Shown here piece after piece: positions 45,340 through 55,487 of a stretch of DNA of 62,113 nt (positions are counted from its first letter, which is position 1; the number at the start of each line of letters is the position of its first letter). Origin of the DNA: a virus (lineage: Duplodnaviria; Caudoviricetes); IMG/VR virus record IMGVR_UViG_3300049854_000015, positions 1-62,113 of that record. The stretch is one strand, 5' to 3'. A model generated the notes under the pieces. It was not told the DNA's origin and did no database searches. It worked only from the letters and a program-made list of their open reading frames with translations. Position numbers and translations under genes: made by a program.

Positions 45340-45801
45340 ATGAACGACTTAATCAACAGACTCAAAGTAAACGAGAACCCTCACCGAATCTTCGCCGACA
45401 TGAGCGAGGAAGAACAGGAATGTCTCAAGAAAGTGGGGCCCTTGAATTGTAAATTTCTAACATGCGAGTATAAGACTAATTCAAATCTTAATTGGAACGA
45501 ATTAGGATGCAGCTCACATTTTCTTCCCGTAGGCATCTATCGCATCAAGCCCGACTACCAGCCTGAGCCGGAGTACGTGGACTTGCCCATCGAGGAAAAA
45601 ACCGACTTTGATGGGCAATGGTTAGGCGTCAGGAGAATACCAGGAATGAATTTGCCTATTGCCTTTACGTTTCTTCACATGTTGCCCTCCTTGCCGGGCT
45701 TCGTGGGATTCCAAACACAAGCTGATAACTGTGTAAGACTGTCGGATGTAGCTAATCTCCATGCAGCAGGCTTCAAGATCATCGCCCGATTCAGGAAGTA
45801 G
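45340..45801 (+). CDS. Hypothetical protein
   Basis: YRIKP motif; operon position. Confidence 0.65.
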   Translation: MNDLINRLKVNENPHRIFADMSEEEQECLKKVGPLNCKFLTCEYKTNSNLNWNELGCSSHFLPVGIYRIKPDYQPEPEYVDLPIEEKTDFDGQWLGVRRIPGMNLPIAFTFLHMLPSLPGFVGFQTQADNCVRLSDVANLHAAGFKIIARFRK

Positions 45802-45809
45802 GTGAAATT

Positions 45810-46172
45810 ATGACACCCGAAGAATATCTTTCGAAAGTGTTAGATACAACCGAACAGGCCATGCAGAGGGCCGACAACGCACAAGAACGCATGGTCGAGA
45901 AGAATACCCCCGAACCCAATAGAATCCAGTGCGCCCATTGCAATGGCTACTATGATGACGACGAAATTTGCCTCAAGAATCTTTGCTACAAGTGCGAGGA
46001 GGATTTGGACGACTACCGCCGGGTTAAGAATCAGCGGAATCTGTTCCTGGCCTTCATAAAGAATATTCGGAAAATCGCTAATCGTGCAACCAATAATATC
46101 CGGATAATTGATAGCCATGAAGTTATCAAGTCTATGTGCGACGGGATTCTGTCCCAGTACAAAGAGGAATGA
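45810..46172 (+). CDS. Hypothetical protein with CxxC pairs
   Basis: 120-aa ORF coupled to the exonuclease. Confidence 0.6.
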   Translation: MTPEEYLSKVLDTTEQAMQRADNAQERMVEKNTPEPNRIQCAHCNGYYDDDEICLKNLCYKCEEDLDDYRRVKNQRNLFLAFIKNIRKIANRATNNIRIIDSHEVIKSMCDGILSQYKEE

Positions 46173-46783
46173 CCATAATGCAACCCGTTATCATTTATTG
46201 TGAACAAGGCAGTCTTGAATGGTTTGCCGCCCGATTAGGCCGAGTTACAAGCGGTCATTTCGATGATGTTTTGTCGAATGGTTCGTGTCACAAAACATAC
46301 ATGGAAAAACTTCTCGCCGAGCGAATGACGGGCGAACGCATGGAGAATTACACGAACAAGGCAATGGAGAATGGCATTACATTAGAGCCGGATGCCCGGA
46401 TTTATTATGAAGGACTTCATGGTGTCACTGTTGAACAAGTTGGTCTTATCCAGTTGGGCGACGACATTGCGGCCAGTCCAGATGGTTTGGTAGGGGACGA
46501 CGGCTTGATAGAGATAAAATGCCCCTTCCCGAATACCCACTTGCACTATATTTTGAGTGGCAAACTTCCGTCAGAATACAAGGCTCAGGTTCAAGGGGGC
46601 CTATGGGTATCTGGCCGGCAATGGACGGATTTCATATCGTTCGATCCCCGCGTCAAATCAAGGCCGTTCTGGTCGATTCGCGTCGAGCGTGATGAGAAAT
46701 ATATCAAGGATTTAGCAAAGGCCGTGCAGGTCTTTGCAGAAGAACTACAAACATTGACAGAAAAAGTATCAACACCCTTTTAA
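46169..46783 (+). CDS. YqaJ/lambda-exonuclease family protein
   Basis: EQGS.EW..ARLG, G..LEP.AR, ASPDGL, IEIKCP, Y.AQVQ. Confidence 0.93.
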   Translation: MTIMQPVIIYCEQGSLEWFAARLGRVTSGHFDDVLSNGSCHKTYMEKLLAERMTGERMENYTNKAMENGITLEPDARIYYEGLHGVTVEQVGLIQLGDDIAASPDGLVGDDGLIEIKCPFPNTHLHYILSGKLPSEYKAQVQGGLWVSGRQWTDFISFDPRVKSRPFWSIRVERDEKYIKDLAKAVQVFAEELQTLTEKVSTPF

Positions 46784-46793
46784 GGAATCCTTC

Positions 46794-47393
46794 ATGGACA
46801 CACAAGAAATTCAAGTCATCGAACGAGACGGGCATAGTTTTATCGACATGGCGAAGGCCCACATGGTTACAGACCAGCAAAGTGCCGACATAGCGAATGA
46901 TATTCTGATTAAGATTACCGCTGGTCTGAAAGAGATTGAGAAGAAGCGGTTATCCTTCACGGCCCCACTTAATCAATCTCTCAAAGAAATCAACGCTACG
47001 TTCAAGGGAATAACCGAGCCGATTTCAGATGCAAAGACCGAACTATCACAGCGCCTAATGTCGTGGCGAGCGGCAGAACAGAAACGCATCCAAGATGAAC
47101 AAGATGCGGCCCGCAAAGAAGAAGAACGTCGTAGGAAGATTCAAGAGGCTCATGCGGCCAAAGGGCATCAGGTCAGCGAAACTACTACGCCAGTAGCAAA
47201 GCCGATGCCCTTCTCTGTCCAAGATACTACCAGGACGAGAAAACAATGGACGTATGACATCTTGGACGAAAAACAAATCCCGCGAGAATATCTCATGGTG
47301 GACAAAACTGAAATTATGAAAGCCGTCAGTTCCGGCGTCCGGGATATTCCGGGCGTGAAAATCTACCAGAAAGAAATACCCATTTACGCATAG
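46794..47393 (+). CDS. Coiled-coil protein of the recombination module
   Basis: IPREYL.VD...I...V..G...IPGV.I C-terminus. Confidence 0.7.
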   Translation: MDTQEIQVIERDGHSFIDMAKAHMVTDQQSADIANDILIKITAGLKEIEKKRLSFTAPLNQSLKEINATFKGITEPISDAKTELSQRLMSWRAAEQKRIQDEQDAARKEEERRRKIQEAHAAKGHQVSETTTPVAKPMPFSVQDTTRTRKQWTYDILDEKQIPREYLMVDKTEIMKAVSSGVRDIPGVKIYQKEIPIYA

Positions 47394-47415
47394 GCCGAGA
47401 AGAAAGGAATAGATT

Positions 47416-48228
47416 ATGGCTGAAGAAATAACCCAACAAGTAAAAGTTTCACAAAGAACAGATATAGTAACGCCGAATCAACTATTGGCACTGGCTATCG
47501 AGACCAAAGCCGACCCAGATCGACTCGATAAGTTGATGGACCTTCAAATCAAGTGGGAAGCGAACCAGGCCAAAAAAGCCTATGTCGCGGCCATGTCGAA
47601 CTTCCGATCTAAGTGCCCCATGATTGAGAAGACCCGAAAAGTTGACTTCCCCGGCAAAAGCGGCGGTCAAGTGCAATTCAAGTATGCTGGACTAAGCGAG
47701 ATTATCGAGAAAATCAAAAGCCTGATGAGCGAATGTGGCCTATCCCATTCATGGCGGACGGAACAAGCTAATGGCTCTATCTTAATTCGGTGCATCGTTA
47801 CACATATTGGTGGTCACAGTGAGGAAACCAGTCTGTCCGCTCCGCCGGATAATACTGGCAGCAAAAACTCCATACAAGCTATAGCCTCTACGGTCTCTTA
47901 TTTGGAGAGATACACCTTATTTGCCCTTCTCGGTTTGGCTTCTCAGGACATGGACAACGACGGCAATGGCAACGGCAAAGAGAAACCTAAGCCCGAAGAT
48001 GACGTGACCAAGCTCATTGAGCAGGCATTTTTCAATTTCAGCACCGAACACACCGACGAAGTCGCCGATGGATTCGCTTGTGACGGCACGAAATTCAAAG
48101 AGGCTCTGCGGAAAGAATTCTCCGGTCTTTCGGCAGCCAAGAAAAAAGGCTTCAAATGGACGACGGAGAGCATTGCTGATTTGCAGGCTAAAATCAAAAC
48201 CTCGGACGTACTCGTGGAAGTCAAATAA
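47416..48228 (+). CDS. ERF family single-strand annealing protein
   Basis: KYA.L..I, THIGGHSE, Q.IAS.VSY.ERY.L..LLGL...D.D. Confidence 0.88.
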   Translation: MAEEITQQVKVSQRTDIVTPNQLLALAIETKADPDRLDKLMDLQIKWEANQAKKAYVAAMSNFRSKCPMIEKTRKVDFPGKSGGQVQFKYAGLSEIIEKIKSLMSECGLSHSWRTEQANGSILIRCIVTHIGGHSEETSLSAPPDNTGSKNSIQAIASTVSYLERYTLFALLGLASQDMDNDGNGNGKEKPKPEDDVTKLIEQAFFNFSTEHTDEVADGFACDGTKFKEALRKEFSGLSAAKKKGFKWTTESIADLQAKIKTSDVLVEVK

Positions 48229-48644
48229 TGGCAAAGCATTTTCAGGGACGAACAAGTGCAGACGGAATTGCAACTGCCCAGTGGCCTGCGATTCACCATG
48301 AGGCGGCGAAATATCCTCATTTTGAAATTCTCGTTCTAAATGAAGATGAAGCCATTACCGATAGACAGCGCCGATGGTTCAAGGGTATTTGTTGCAAAGG
48401 TCTATCTGAATGGAACGGCGAGACGGTCGATGAATGGGAAAACCGCCTCAAGGCTAAATGCGGCAGCGAGATTTTCAAAGTTATTAACTATAACATCGAA
48501 GGACAGGAATACAAGCGGTTTGAAAGTATCGCTAATAAAGGCAAAAAACAAATAACCGAGTTCATCGAGAACATTTTGAGTACAGCAATAACAATGGACT
48601 GGCCAGTATATCCGCCTGATGCGGACTTACGAAGAAAGGACTAA
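48228..48644 (+). CDS. NinB-like protein
   Basis: TDRQRRWF...L....G...E....LK pattern; between ERF and SSB. Confidence 0.5.
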   Translation: MAKHFQGRTSADGIATAQWPAIHHEAAKYPHFEILVLNEDEAITDRQRRWFKGICCKGLSEWNGETVDEWENRLKAKCGSEIFKVINYNIEGQEYKRFESIANKGKKQITEFIENILSTAITMDWPVYPPDADLRRKD

Positions 48645-48646
48645 AA

Positions 48647-49069
48647 ATGCCGAATATCAATGTATGTATCTTGGCAGGCAATCTTACCCGCGATCCTGCA
48701 TTGTCGTACACACCAAATCAAACCGCCGTTGTGGATTTCGGTTTGGCGATTAACCGAAAATGGAAAGACCAGGGCGGTGCCCAGAGAGAAGAAGTCTGTT
48801 TTGTGGATTGTCGAGGATTCGGCAAGACCGCCGAGAACATTAACAAGTATCTGAGCAAGGGCAATCCTATATTGATTCGAGGACGGCTAACTTTCGACCA
48901 GTGGGAAGCTCAGGATGGCAAGAAAAACTCTAAGCACCGAATCACGGTCGATGAGTTTCAATTTGTCGGTGGCAGTGACCGGATAGATACGCCGGACGAC
49001 AAGCCGAAGTCTGGCGACGAAGAACAGTCGTCCAAGAATGTGCGAGATGGCGATGATATACCATTTTAA
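48647..49069 (+). CDS. ssb: Single-stranded DNA-binding protein
   Basis: GNLTRDP, YLSKG...I.GRL, C-terminal DDIPF. Confidence 0.97.
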   Translation: MPNINVCILAGNLTRDPALSYTPNQTAVVDFGLAINRKWKDQGGAQREEVCFVDCRGFGKTAENINKYLSKGNPILIRGRLTFDQWEAQDGKKNSKHRITVDEFQFVGGSDRIDTPDDKPKSGDEEQSSKNVRDGDDIPF

Positions 49070-49142
49070 CGTGGACAGGGCCGGGCAAATGATCAACAGC
49101 CAAAAGGGTCAAATCCTGGCCCTGTTTTGAAAGGAGTAACCC

Positions 49143-49391
49143 ATGAACAAACACAAAAGACCAAGACGAGTAAGTGATTTTGATATTCCCGGCCGACTTC
49201 GGTATAGCGAGAAAAATCCCCGTGGCAAGGGAGCCGAATGGATAGAGTTTGCGGTAACAAAATCCGAAATGGATACTGTCATGCAAGCTATAGGCACGAA
49301 GGCAATGGCAACTAAAGGCAAGGAACTCTCCGCAGGGACAATGATTTCAGAGATATGTTTTGAGTGGATGAACCTAACTAAAAAGGAGTAA
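49143..49391 (+). CDS. Hypothetical protein
   Basis: AAGGAG RBS. Confidence 0.6.
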   Translation: MNKHKRPRRVSDFDIPGRLRYSEKNPRGKGAEWIEFAVTKSEMDTVMQAIGTKAMATKGKELSAGTMISEICFEWMNLTKKE

Positions 49392-49394
49392 CCC

Positions 49395-49721
49395 ATGAAC
49401 CGACCGCCTAAACCGACCATCGACCAGCAGATTGAGGAAAAGCATGGAAGCCCTTTAGTTGCAGGTCTTGTTCACGTTAAGTTCGCAAAAGATTTGCGCG
49501 ACACGGCGAATGATATGCGACTGGACATACAAGGAATTGTACGTGGAAGGCTAAATAGGGCCGCTGCGCATATCGAATCCCTGGCCGCCGATTTGCTCAG
49601 GTACGGCGACCATGCAAGCGGTTGCGACATTGATATTCTATTGCCGCGAGACAAACGCAAATGCACCTGCGGTTGGAGTTTGCTCAAGGCGAAACTGGAA
49701 GGGCAGAAAGAAGGTGACTAA
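49395..49721 (+). CDS. Hypothetical protein
   Basis: AAGGAG RBS; H...C...CTCG motif. Confidence 0.6.
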   Translation: MNRPPKPTIDQQIEEKHGSPLVAGLVHVKFAKDLRDTANDMRLDIQGIVRGRLNRAAAHIESLAADLLRYGDHASGCDIDILLPRDKRKCTCGWSLLKAKLEGQKEGD

Positions 49722-49945
49722 TGGCGACGAAACCATTCAAACTACGCGATTACAAGCAAGTTACAAGCATCAAAGGCGATATGTGCCTAAGACGGCGGAG
49801 CGATGGTGTAGTATTTTACGCCCTGACCAGCCTCGGAGATGACGGAGACCCAGAAGCGGTAGGGCCAATTTGTAAACTCGAAATCATCAGTCGCAATACT
49901 CGCAAGCGAAGAAAGAAGGTGAATAAATGCGATACGCACAAATAA
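49721..49945 (+). CDS. Hypothetical protein
   Basis: TAATG coupling. Confidence 0.5.
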   Translation: MATKPFKLRDYKQVTSIKGDMCLRRRSDGVVFYALTSLGDDGDPEAVGPICKLEIISRNTRKRRKKVNKCDTHK

Positions 49946-50139
49946 GCTCAGGCAAGAAACTTCATATCGTTGCTGAAGCTGGTGAAGAATATCGGGGCCA
50001 AGTTATCAGAAAAGGATTTCTCTCAAATCCTCTATGTGGCCAGCGTAAACATCCTAACGGCTACCGCATGACAATCAATGTCCCGCTTGCCCATGCCTGT
50101 AAAAAATGTGTGAGAATCGCAAACTTACGAGGTGACTGA
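49927..50139 (+). CDS. Small Zn-binding hypothetical protein
   Basis: H...LCG...CKKC. Confidence 0.55.
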   Translation: MRYAQISSGKKLHIVAEAGEEYRGQVIRKGFLSNPLCGQRKHPNGYRMTINVPLAHACKKCVRIANLRGD

Positions 50140-50403
50140 TGCGTTGGCCTATGTGGTTGATTTTGTTCTGGATGCGGTATCCTGAATGGTTCCGCCTGAT
50201 TTGCTGGTTTATCGGCCATGATTGGTGCGAGCTTCCGAATGACGGTCGATTTCTAAACAACAAGATTTGTGTGCGATGTACAAAAGCGAAACCTTGATAA
50301 AGATACTAAAATGCCCCATGACATTCTTATACAAGCCCTAAAGCAAGCATCCGAAGAGATGGGGTTTTATGTTAGTGGAATCGACAATTCAGGAAATACC
50401 GAA

Positions 50404-50622
50404 ATGAAAACCAAGTACAAGTACATCGAGTTTATCCAGGATGGTAAAAACTGGCGGTGCGACAACCACAAATACCAACAGGTACTGGGATGGGTAAGTT
50501 ACTATGCACGCTGGAAGGAATGGGAGTTTATGCCGGAACCAGACACGGGCTATACGATTGTCTGCCTTCGTGACATCACCGACTTCCTGGACCAGTTGAA
50601 CAAAGAGGGCAAACCGAAATGA
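50404..50622 (+). CDS. Hypothetical protein (start uncertain)
   Basis: W.EW.F.P...CLRDI.DFL..LN motif. Confidence 0.55.
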   Translation: MKTKYKYIEFIQDGKNWRCDNHKYQQVLGWVSYYARWKEWEFMPEPDTGYTIVCLRDITDFLDQLNKEGKPK

Positions 50623-50912
50623 AGAAGCCTACATGCCAGCGATGCGGAAAATGTTGCCTGAAGGTGGGCCGTACATTCTGGAAAACGGGTGACTTGTGCC
50701 AGCCGGAACCTTCATTTGACGGAATCGCCGAACTGAACACATGGGCCGGTGATGGCGACCATGAAGATAATAACCTGCCCTGTGAAATGTTCGAAATGGA
50801 AGATGGTAAGGCTGTCTGCATGATTGAATTCGTTTATAGCTATAAGGCTAAGCCCATCACGTGTCGGAATTATCCCGAACTTACCAAGACATGTATGAAG
50901 GAACAACTATGA
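50619..50912 (+). CDS. YkgJ-like Cys-cluster protein
   Basis: CQRCGKCC...C...C.I...KP..CRNYP. Confidence 0.75.
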   Translation: MKKPTCQRCGKCCLKVGRTFWKTGDLCQPEPSFDGIAELNTWAGDGDHEDNNLPCEMFEMEDGKAVCMIEFVYSYKAKPITCRNYPELTKTCMKEQL

Positions 50913-51015
50913 ACCGAGCGAACGGATTATCCTTAGCCCTGATAGTTTCCATCCTGATTTGGCTGGCGATTATTATGACCGTTGTGAGGATTGTGAGGAT
51001 TGTGAGGATTTGGAC

Positions 51016-51306
51016 ATGAGCGACGTTCATATATGCGCACCAAGAGCCGAAAAGGTTTGGCTCAAGCGCGACTACTGCCCGACTTGCGAACGGCAACGAT
51101 TCTTTTTGAAAGCCCTTTATCCGTGGTACGGCCTCGATGAGACCTGTTTGAAATGTGGAGATCGCTGGCAAGATAAAGAGATGATGGAGCGGCCTTTTTG
51201 CCGAGGCTGGCGGAAGGACAGCGTAAGACGAGCCATGAAATTATACCGTAGATACAACCCAGCCCCGGCCGCAGTGCCCCGACGGGCGGGAAGGAGAATC
51301 GTGTAA
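51016..51306 (+). CDS. Zn-ribbon hypothetical protein
   Basis: CPTC...CLKCG. Confidence 0.55.
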   Translation: MSDVHICAPRAEKVWLKRDYCPTCERQRFFLKALYPWYGLDETCLKCGDRWQDKEMMERPFCRGWRKDSVRRAMKLYRRYNPAPAAVPRRAGRRIV

Positions 51307-51373
51307 TGACACCTAGCGCATCAATAGCAACGTAGGCTGAGGGCTGGCTTTTTTTAAGGAGCAAGGAGCACGG

Positions 51374-51766
51374 ATGGCAAAGAGACAAGAGCATCTTGAT
51401 TACACGCCTGACTTTCTGGCTTTCTGGCTTTTGTATCCCCAGCAGAATTCTAATGGCCGATGGGTTAAGCCTGGGAAATGGCCTGCGTTTCTGGTTTGGC
51501 TGGATATGTCTGATGAGGATAAGAAGCACGCATTTTACTCCGTGAAGTTCTACAGGGAATGTGTCAAGGATGGCCGATTTGTTCAGCACGCTCGTACGTG
51601 GTTGCATCCTAACAACCGAGGATACATGGACTGGGACATGCCCGAAGAAAAGGGCCAACACCTGCCCGCTTCGATGACGACCAACGCTCTCAAGTCTATT
51701 CCCAAAAAACCTGATTTGAACGATGCCCGCAACAAGGCAATGGCGGGACTAAAGGAGAAGCTATGA
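51374..51766 (+). CDS. Replication-initiator-like domain protein
   Basis: F..FW.LYP...K..A...W...F..H..TWL pattern of phage replisome-organiser C-terminal domains. Confidence 0.6.
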   Translation: MAKRQEHLDYTPDFLAFWLLYPQQNSNGRWVKPGKWPAFLVWLDMSDEDKKHAFYSVKFYRECVKDGRFVQHARTWLHPNNRGYMDWDMPEEKGQHLPASMTTNALKSIPKKPDLNDARNKAMAGLKEKL

Positions 51767-52557
51767 ACAAGATAGACGAAGCGAAAAAACAGTTAAGAAG
51801 TGCCCTGCTATCCGGCGACTGGAATCAGGCCATTGCTCATGTCAAAGTGGCCCTTGCCCTTCTCGAATCCGGGAAGGCCGAGCAGGTAAATTGGGATAGA
51901 TGCCAATACTGCGGTGCAAGCAGAGTTGTTAGACCCTCTGGCGAATGGCAGTTTACTTGCCATTGTGATGACCCTGAAAAGAGACCGAAGGCCGAGCAAC
52001 ATTTTGTAGGTTGCCATGATGGATTTGAATTTTTACCCGAGGCTGAGCAGCCCGCCGTGGCGGAGCTGCAATGTGGTGAGCCTGTCGAGACGAGGGAATT
52101 CATAAAAAGAGTTTATATTTGGGCCGACCAAGTAATGGACGACCCTAAATATCCAGCGAAGAAACTCGCAACAGAAGCCAGCAAATTTCTTGGAAAAGCC
52201 TGCAAACTCCTCGACGCCCAGCAGAAGCAAATCGAGAGGCTGAAAGCCGAACAAGAAAAATTCAAACATGACAACGGCGTGCGTATCCAGATATTAAATA
52301 ACACCCGCGAACGCAATCGAAATCTTCAACATGAAGTGACATTATTAAACACAAAGATTGATCGCCTGACCGCCGAGAACAAGGCCAAAGCCGAGCGGAT
52401 TGCGAAACTGGAGAGATTTATTCGAGAATCAGAAGGTCATACAAAAGACTGCGGTAGAAATCGAGAAGGATTTGAGGGATGTGACGAGAGCATGTTTAAC
52501 TGTAATTGTGGTTATGAAAAAGCTAAGGACCAGGCCCTGAAAGGAGAGAAACCATGA
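51763..52557 (+). CDS. Hypothetical mosaic protein (paralogue of 41042-41566)
   Basis: Shared identical blocks plus extra Cys-containing segments. Confidence 0.7.
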   Translation: MNKIDEAKKQLRSALLSGDWNQAIAHVKVALALLESGKAEQVNWDRCQYCGASRVVRPSGEWQFTCHCDDPEKRPKAEQHFVGCHDGFEFLPEAEQPAVAELQCGEPVETREFIKRVYIWADQVMDDPKYPAKKLATEASKFLGKACKLLDAQQKQIERLKAEQEKFKHDNGVRIQILNNTRERNRNLQHEVTLLNTKIDRLTAENKAKAERIAKLERFIRESEGHTKDCGRNREGFEGCDESMFNCNCGYEKAKDQALKGEKP

Positions 52558-52754
52558 AAAAAGATAAGCCTGTTCACATGGTAACAGAGCCGACGCAAAA
52601 TTTCATCTGTTATCCGAGTTTACGCTGGTACAGGTTATGCAGACCCGACGATTTATGCTGGGTTAGTATACCAATGCCTGACTGGTTGACGAGTGATCCC
52701 TCTAAGGCTACGTGCAAGCACTGTCGCCGCATAATCGAGAAAGGCAAGCTATGA
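52554..52754 (+). CDS. Small Zn-binding hypothetical protein
   Basis: H...LC...TCKHC. Confidence 0.55.
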   Translation: MKKDKPVHMVTEPTQNFICYPSLRWYRLCRPDDLCWVSIPMPDWLTSDPSKATCKHCRRIIEKGKL

Positions 52755-53047
52755 ACAAAGAAACACATTTTGAGATTATTCCAAGCAAAATAGTAATAAG
52801 AAATGGTGAGATAATAGTAAAGCTGGAAGGCTACGTGGCTATGAGAACATCCGCTTGGGAACAATTTTGTGACGAGATGGAGAAATTGAAAAGATACGCA
52901 GCAGGTATCGAAGCCGACGGCACAGAACCATACAAAGACATGATTATGGACATTAGGGCCGCATTTGGCAATCGGGCCAACAGTATGAGCATGAGCGACG
53001 CGGACTTATTGAAACAGATTTACGAGACACTTGAGGAAAAGCCATGA
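52751..53047 (+). CDS. Hypothetical protein
   Basis: ATGA coupling. Confidence 0.55.
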   Translation: MNKETHFEIIPSKIVIRNGEIIVKLEGYVAMRTSAWEQFCDEMEKLKRYAAGIEADGTEPYKDMIMDIRAAFGNRANSMSMSDADLLKQIYETLEEKP

Positions 53048-53219
53048 ACGAAGAAGAAAACAAGTTTCGCAAAGGCATTAGTGCCCTGTTTTATCTCGTA
53101 GTTTTGATTTTAGGCATTATCGCGGCCTATCAACACGACTGGATTGTTTCTACATTCTGGGCCATTGTTTTTGCCAGCGAGAACATTGCCATCTCGATAG
53201 ATAAACTAAGGAAGAAGCC

Positions 53220-53468
53220 ATGAGTGAAATTCAATCAGCAGATGATTACGAAGCATGGTACACAACACATTGTCCCTATTGTTCCACCTTAAACTGGCAT
53301 AACAACGGCAACGAACAGGATATAACAACATTAGATGTGGATTCTGTCAAGTGCTGGCGATGTGGTCTCATTTATTGGTTCGGCCCACCGCCGGAATACA
53401 TGCCTGAAATACATGGCAAAGAATTACCAGAACCAGAGAATACCGCCGAGGGATTACGAGACCCATGA
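53220..53468 (+). CDS. Zn-ribbon hypothetical protein
   Basis: CPYC...CWRC. Confidence 0.6.
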   Translation: MSEIQSADDYEAWYTTHCPYCSTLNWHNNGNEQDITTLDVDSVKCWRCGLIYWFGPPPEYMPEIHGKELPEPENTAEGLRDP

Positions 53469-53650
53469 GGCCGCCCAATTCCAAATTCAACACGGAAGGC
53501 AACACCGAGCGGGATTACGAGCGCGATGAGTCAGTCCCACGGGTCTCGCACGTCTGGCGATGTGTGGAATGTCAGCATCAGCATATACAGGACAAGAAGC
53601 CCAAAGGCTGTGAATTATGCGGCTATTGGGAATTGGAGATTTATGTATGA
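53465..53650 (+). CDS. Rubredoxin-like Zn-ribbon protein
   Basis: WRCVEC...P..CELCG. Confidence 0.55.
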   Translation: MRPPNSKFNTEGNTERDYERDESVPRVSHVWRCVECQHQHIQDKKPKGCELCGYWELEIYV

Positions 53651-54141
53651 CAGAGAAAATGGGTTTTGAAAAGAACCGGACCGTCACGTTTGAATGGCAT
53701 AATAAGTGCCACCTGTACCGCCAGCCGGACGGCATGGGGATTAAGCTCAAGAGCACGCAGGAATTGAAGTGGGCCAAGTATCTCGATTTACTGCTCAAGT
53801 CGCATGAGATACTCGGATGGCAATATGAGCCGCGAACATTCGAATTCAACGAACGCTACTGCAAGCGTGGGCAATATACCCCGGACTTTTTTGTTACCAA
53901 ATGGAACAGCGGAGGAAAATCATGGGTATATATGTGGTTCGAGATTAAGACGAGTCTGCGCCAGAAAGAAATATATCGCTTCAAACAGTTCAGAGCTGAC
54001 TATCCCGATGAACCGATAACGCTGGTCATGACGAGCGAGCCGAAGAAACGCATCAAACAAATAGAACTTCTGGGCAATGCCCGCAAGTACGTGAACGACG
54101 TAATATTCGCCGGGCCTATCTTTCGCAAGTTAGGTTTTTGA
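53647..54141 (+). CDS. PD-(D/E)XK nuclease (DUF1064/TnsA-like)
   Basis: KS..E..WA.YLD, YEP..F, YTPDF, EIK. Confidence 0.8.
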   Translation: MTEKMGFEKNRTVTFEWHNKCHLYRQPDGMGIKLKSTQELKWAKYLDLLLKSHEILGWQYEPRTFEFNERYCKRGQYTPDFFVTKWNSGGKSWVYMWFEIKTSLRQKEIYRFKQFRADYPDEPITLVMTSEPKKRIKQIELLGNARKYVNDVIFAGPIFRKLGF

Positions 54142-54234
54142 GGCCGTATGAAATATATCAGAGGTTTCATCGTGGCCTTGACTGTGTGGGCTTTTTTGTT
54201 CGCAGGGTAAATCTTTTTTGAAAGGAGTATTGTT

Positions 54235-54513
54235 ATGGACATGGCAGGAAAAGTAGCAAACGCGCCGTATTATAGCGAACTTATTGTTGAGCTTACGGGC
54301 ATTTCGGAGGAGATGTCAAAACAAGTTGGTGAATTAGAAAACCGTCTTGGTGCAGTATTGTCTACTAATAGTGCTCCAACATCCTCAACTGAAATCCTGA
54401 AAAAAACGCGAGGCTCTGGTTGCGCATTGGATGAAAGGTTGGAATCTCTTGTCGGGCAATTCAGTGTTCGTCGGAACGACTTAGCCATAATTCTTCGTCG
54501 GATTCAACTGTGA
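54235..54513 (+). CDS. Hypothetical coiled-coil protein
   Basis: AAGGAG RBS. Confidence 0.6.
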   Translation: MDMAGKVANAPYYSELIVELTGISEEMSKQVGELENRLGAVLSTNSAPTSSTEILKKTRGSGCALDERLESLVGQFSVRRNDLAIILRRIQL

Positions 54514-54603
54514 TTTTGAGGACCCCGCCCGGCCCTATGGACGCTTGCCCGCCGTAGGTGGGGAGCCTGCAGTGAGGGGCCGGGCATTTATTGAAAGGAC
54601 AGC

Positions 54604-54966
54604 ATGAAGATTCCTGAATCAGATTTCATTCGCTTCAAGGAAGAATTCTTGCGATGGCAAGAAAAACTTGGGCTGACACAGTACCGCGTACTTTTTGAGC
54701 AAAAGAATATGCCCCATGACTTCGCTCAACTTGACACGAACGAAGTAGGACAGATTGCCGTCGCGTATCTATGCAGTGAAATTGATGACAACGTTCCAGT
54801 AGATATTCGAGCTTATGGTGGCCCGGAGTGGCACGGAAAGCATGAAGCGATCCACTTGCTCTCGCATAGACTTGCATGGCTGGCTCAGCAGAGATACGCC
54901 ACGGAAGATGAAATCAGCCGCGAGTGGGAAGCTCTTGTGCGAAAGCTTGAAAAGGTACTCAAATGA
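54604..54966 (+). CDS. HExxH metallopeptidase-like protein
   Basis: WQEKLGL...KHEAIHLL...E. Confidence 0.65.
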   Translation: MKIPESDFIRFKEEFLRWQEKLGLTQYRVLFEQKNMPHDFAQLDTNEVGQIAVAYLCSEIDDNVPVDIRAYGGPEWHGKHEAIHLLSHRLAWLAQQRYATEDEISREWEALVRKLEKVLK

Positions 54967-54976
54967 GAAAACACCT

Positions 54977-55249
54977 ATGAATTATCTGCCCGAAAAGAAC
55001 GACCGATTCAAAGCCAAGCTCATCGGCCATGAGAGTATCTACTTTTTCAGTGGCAACATCTTGATATGCGCAGGCTGGACGAAGCCCTACCAGCACAAAG
55101 ACCGGCCAAGAATCTACGGCCCCGGTCAGTTCTGCCTTGCCCGAAAGCCGGGCGAGAAAGCATGGGATTACAAGCTCGATAGATCAATTTGGGAATTTGA
55201 AAGGATAAACGATGGAGACATTAAACAAGATACAGCCCCAAAAAGCTAA
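54977..55249 (+). CDS. Hypothetical protein
   Basis: ORF fills the gap in the operon. Confidence 0.45.
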   Translation: MNYLPEKNDRFKAKLIGHESIYFFSGNILICAGWTKPYQHKDRPRIYGPGQFCLARKPGEKAWDYKLDRSIWEFERINDGDIKQDTAPKS

Positions 55250-55487
55250 GACGAAAAAAGAGCAGATCGCCGCATGGCGGGAAGGCATACCAGTCCTGTA
55301 TCGGGGAACCTACGATAAGGCGATGTCTGGGAAGAGCCGGGATAAAGCTATTCGGTCGAAGTGCCAAGACTGCCAATGCTGGCAAACAGCCGAAATACCG
55401 AGATGTCAAATTGTTACTTGTCCGCTCTGGCCCTACCGCCCAGGGGCAAAGCGCGCTCAAAAGACCTCTCTGGGGAGCGAGGATTAG
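55212..55487 (+). CDS. Cys-cluster hypothetical protein
   Basis: AIR.KC.DC......I..C....CPLWPYR. Confidence 0.7.
   Translation: METLNKIQPQKAKTKKEQIAAWREGIPVLYRGTYDKAMSGKSRDKAIRSKCQDCQCWQTAEIPRCQIVTCPLWPYRPGAKRAQKTSLGSED

Noticed and set aside
50982-51010. 9-bp tandem repeat TTGTGAGGA x3
   Set aside because: In-frame slippage (VRI x3) within a tiny membrane ORF at 50909-51019; no wider pattern.
41222-52398. Duplicated blocks as a diversity-generating retroelement template/variable repeat pair
   Set aside because: No reverse transcriptase gene, and the differences are not adenine-specific.
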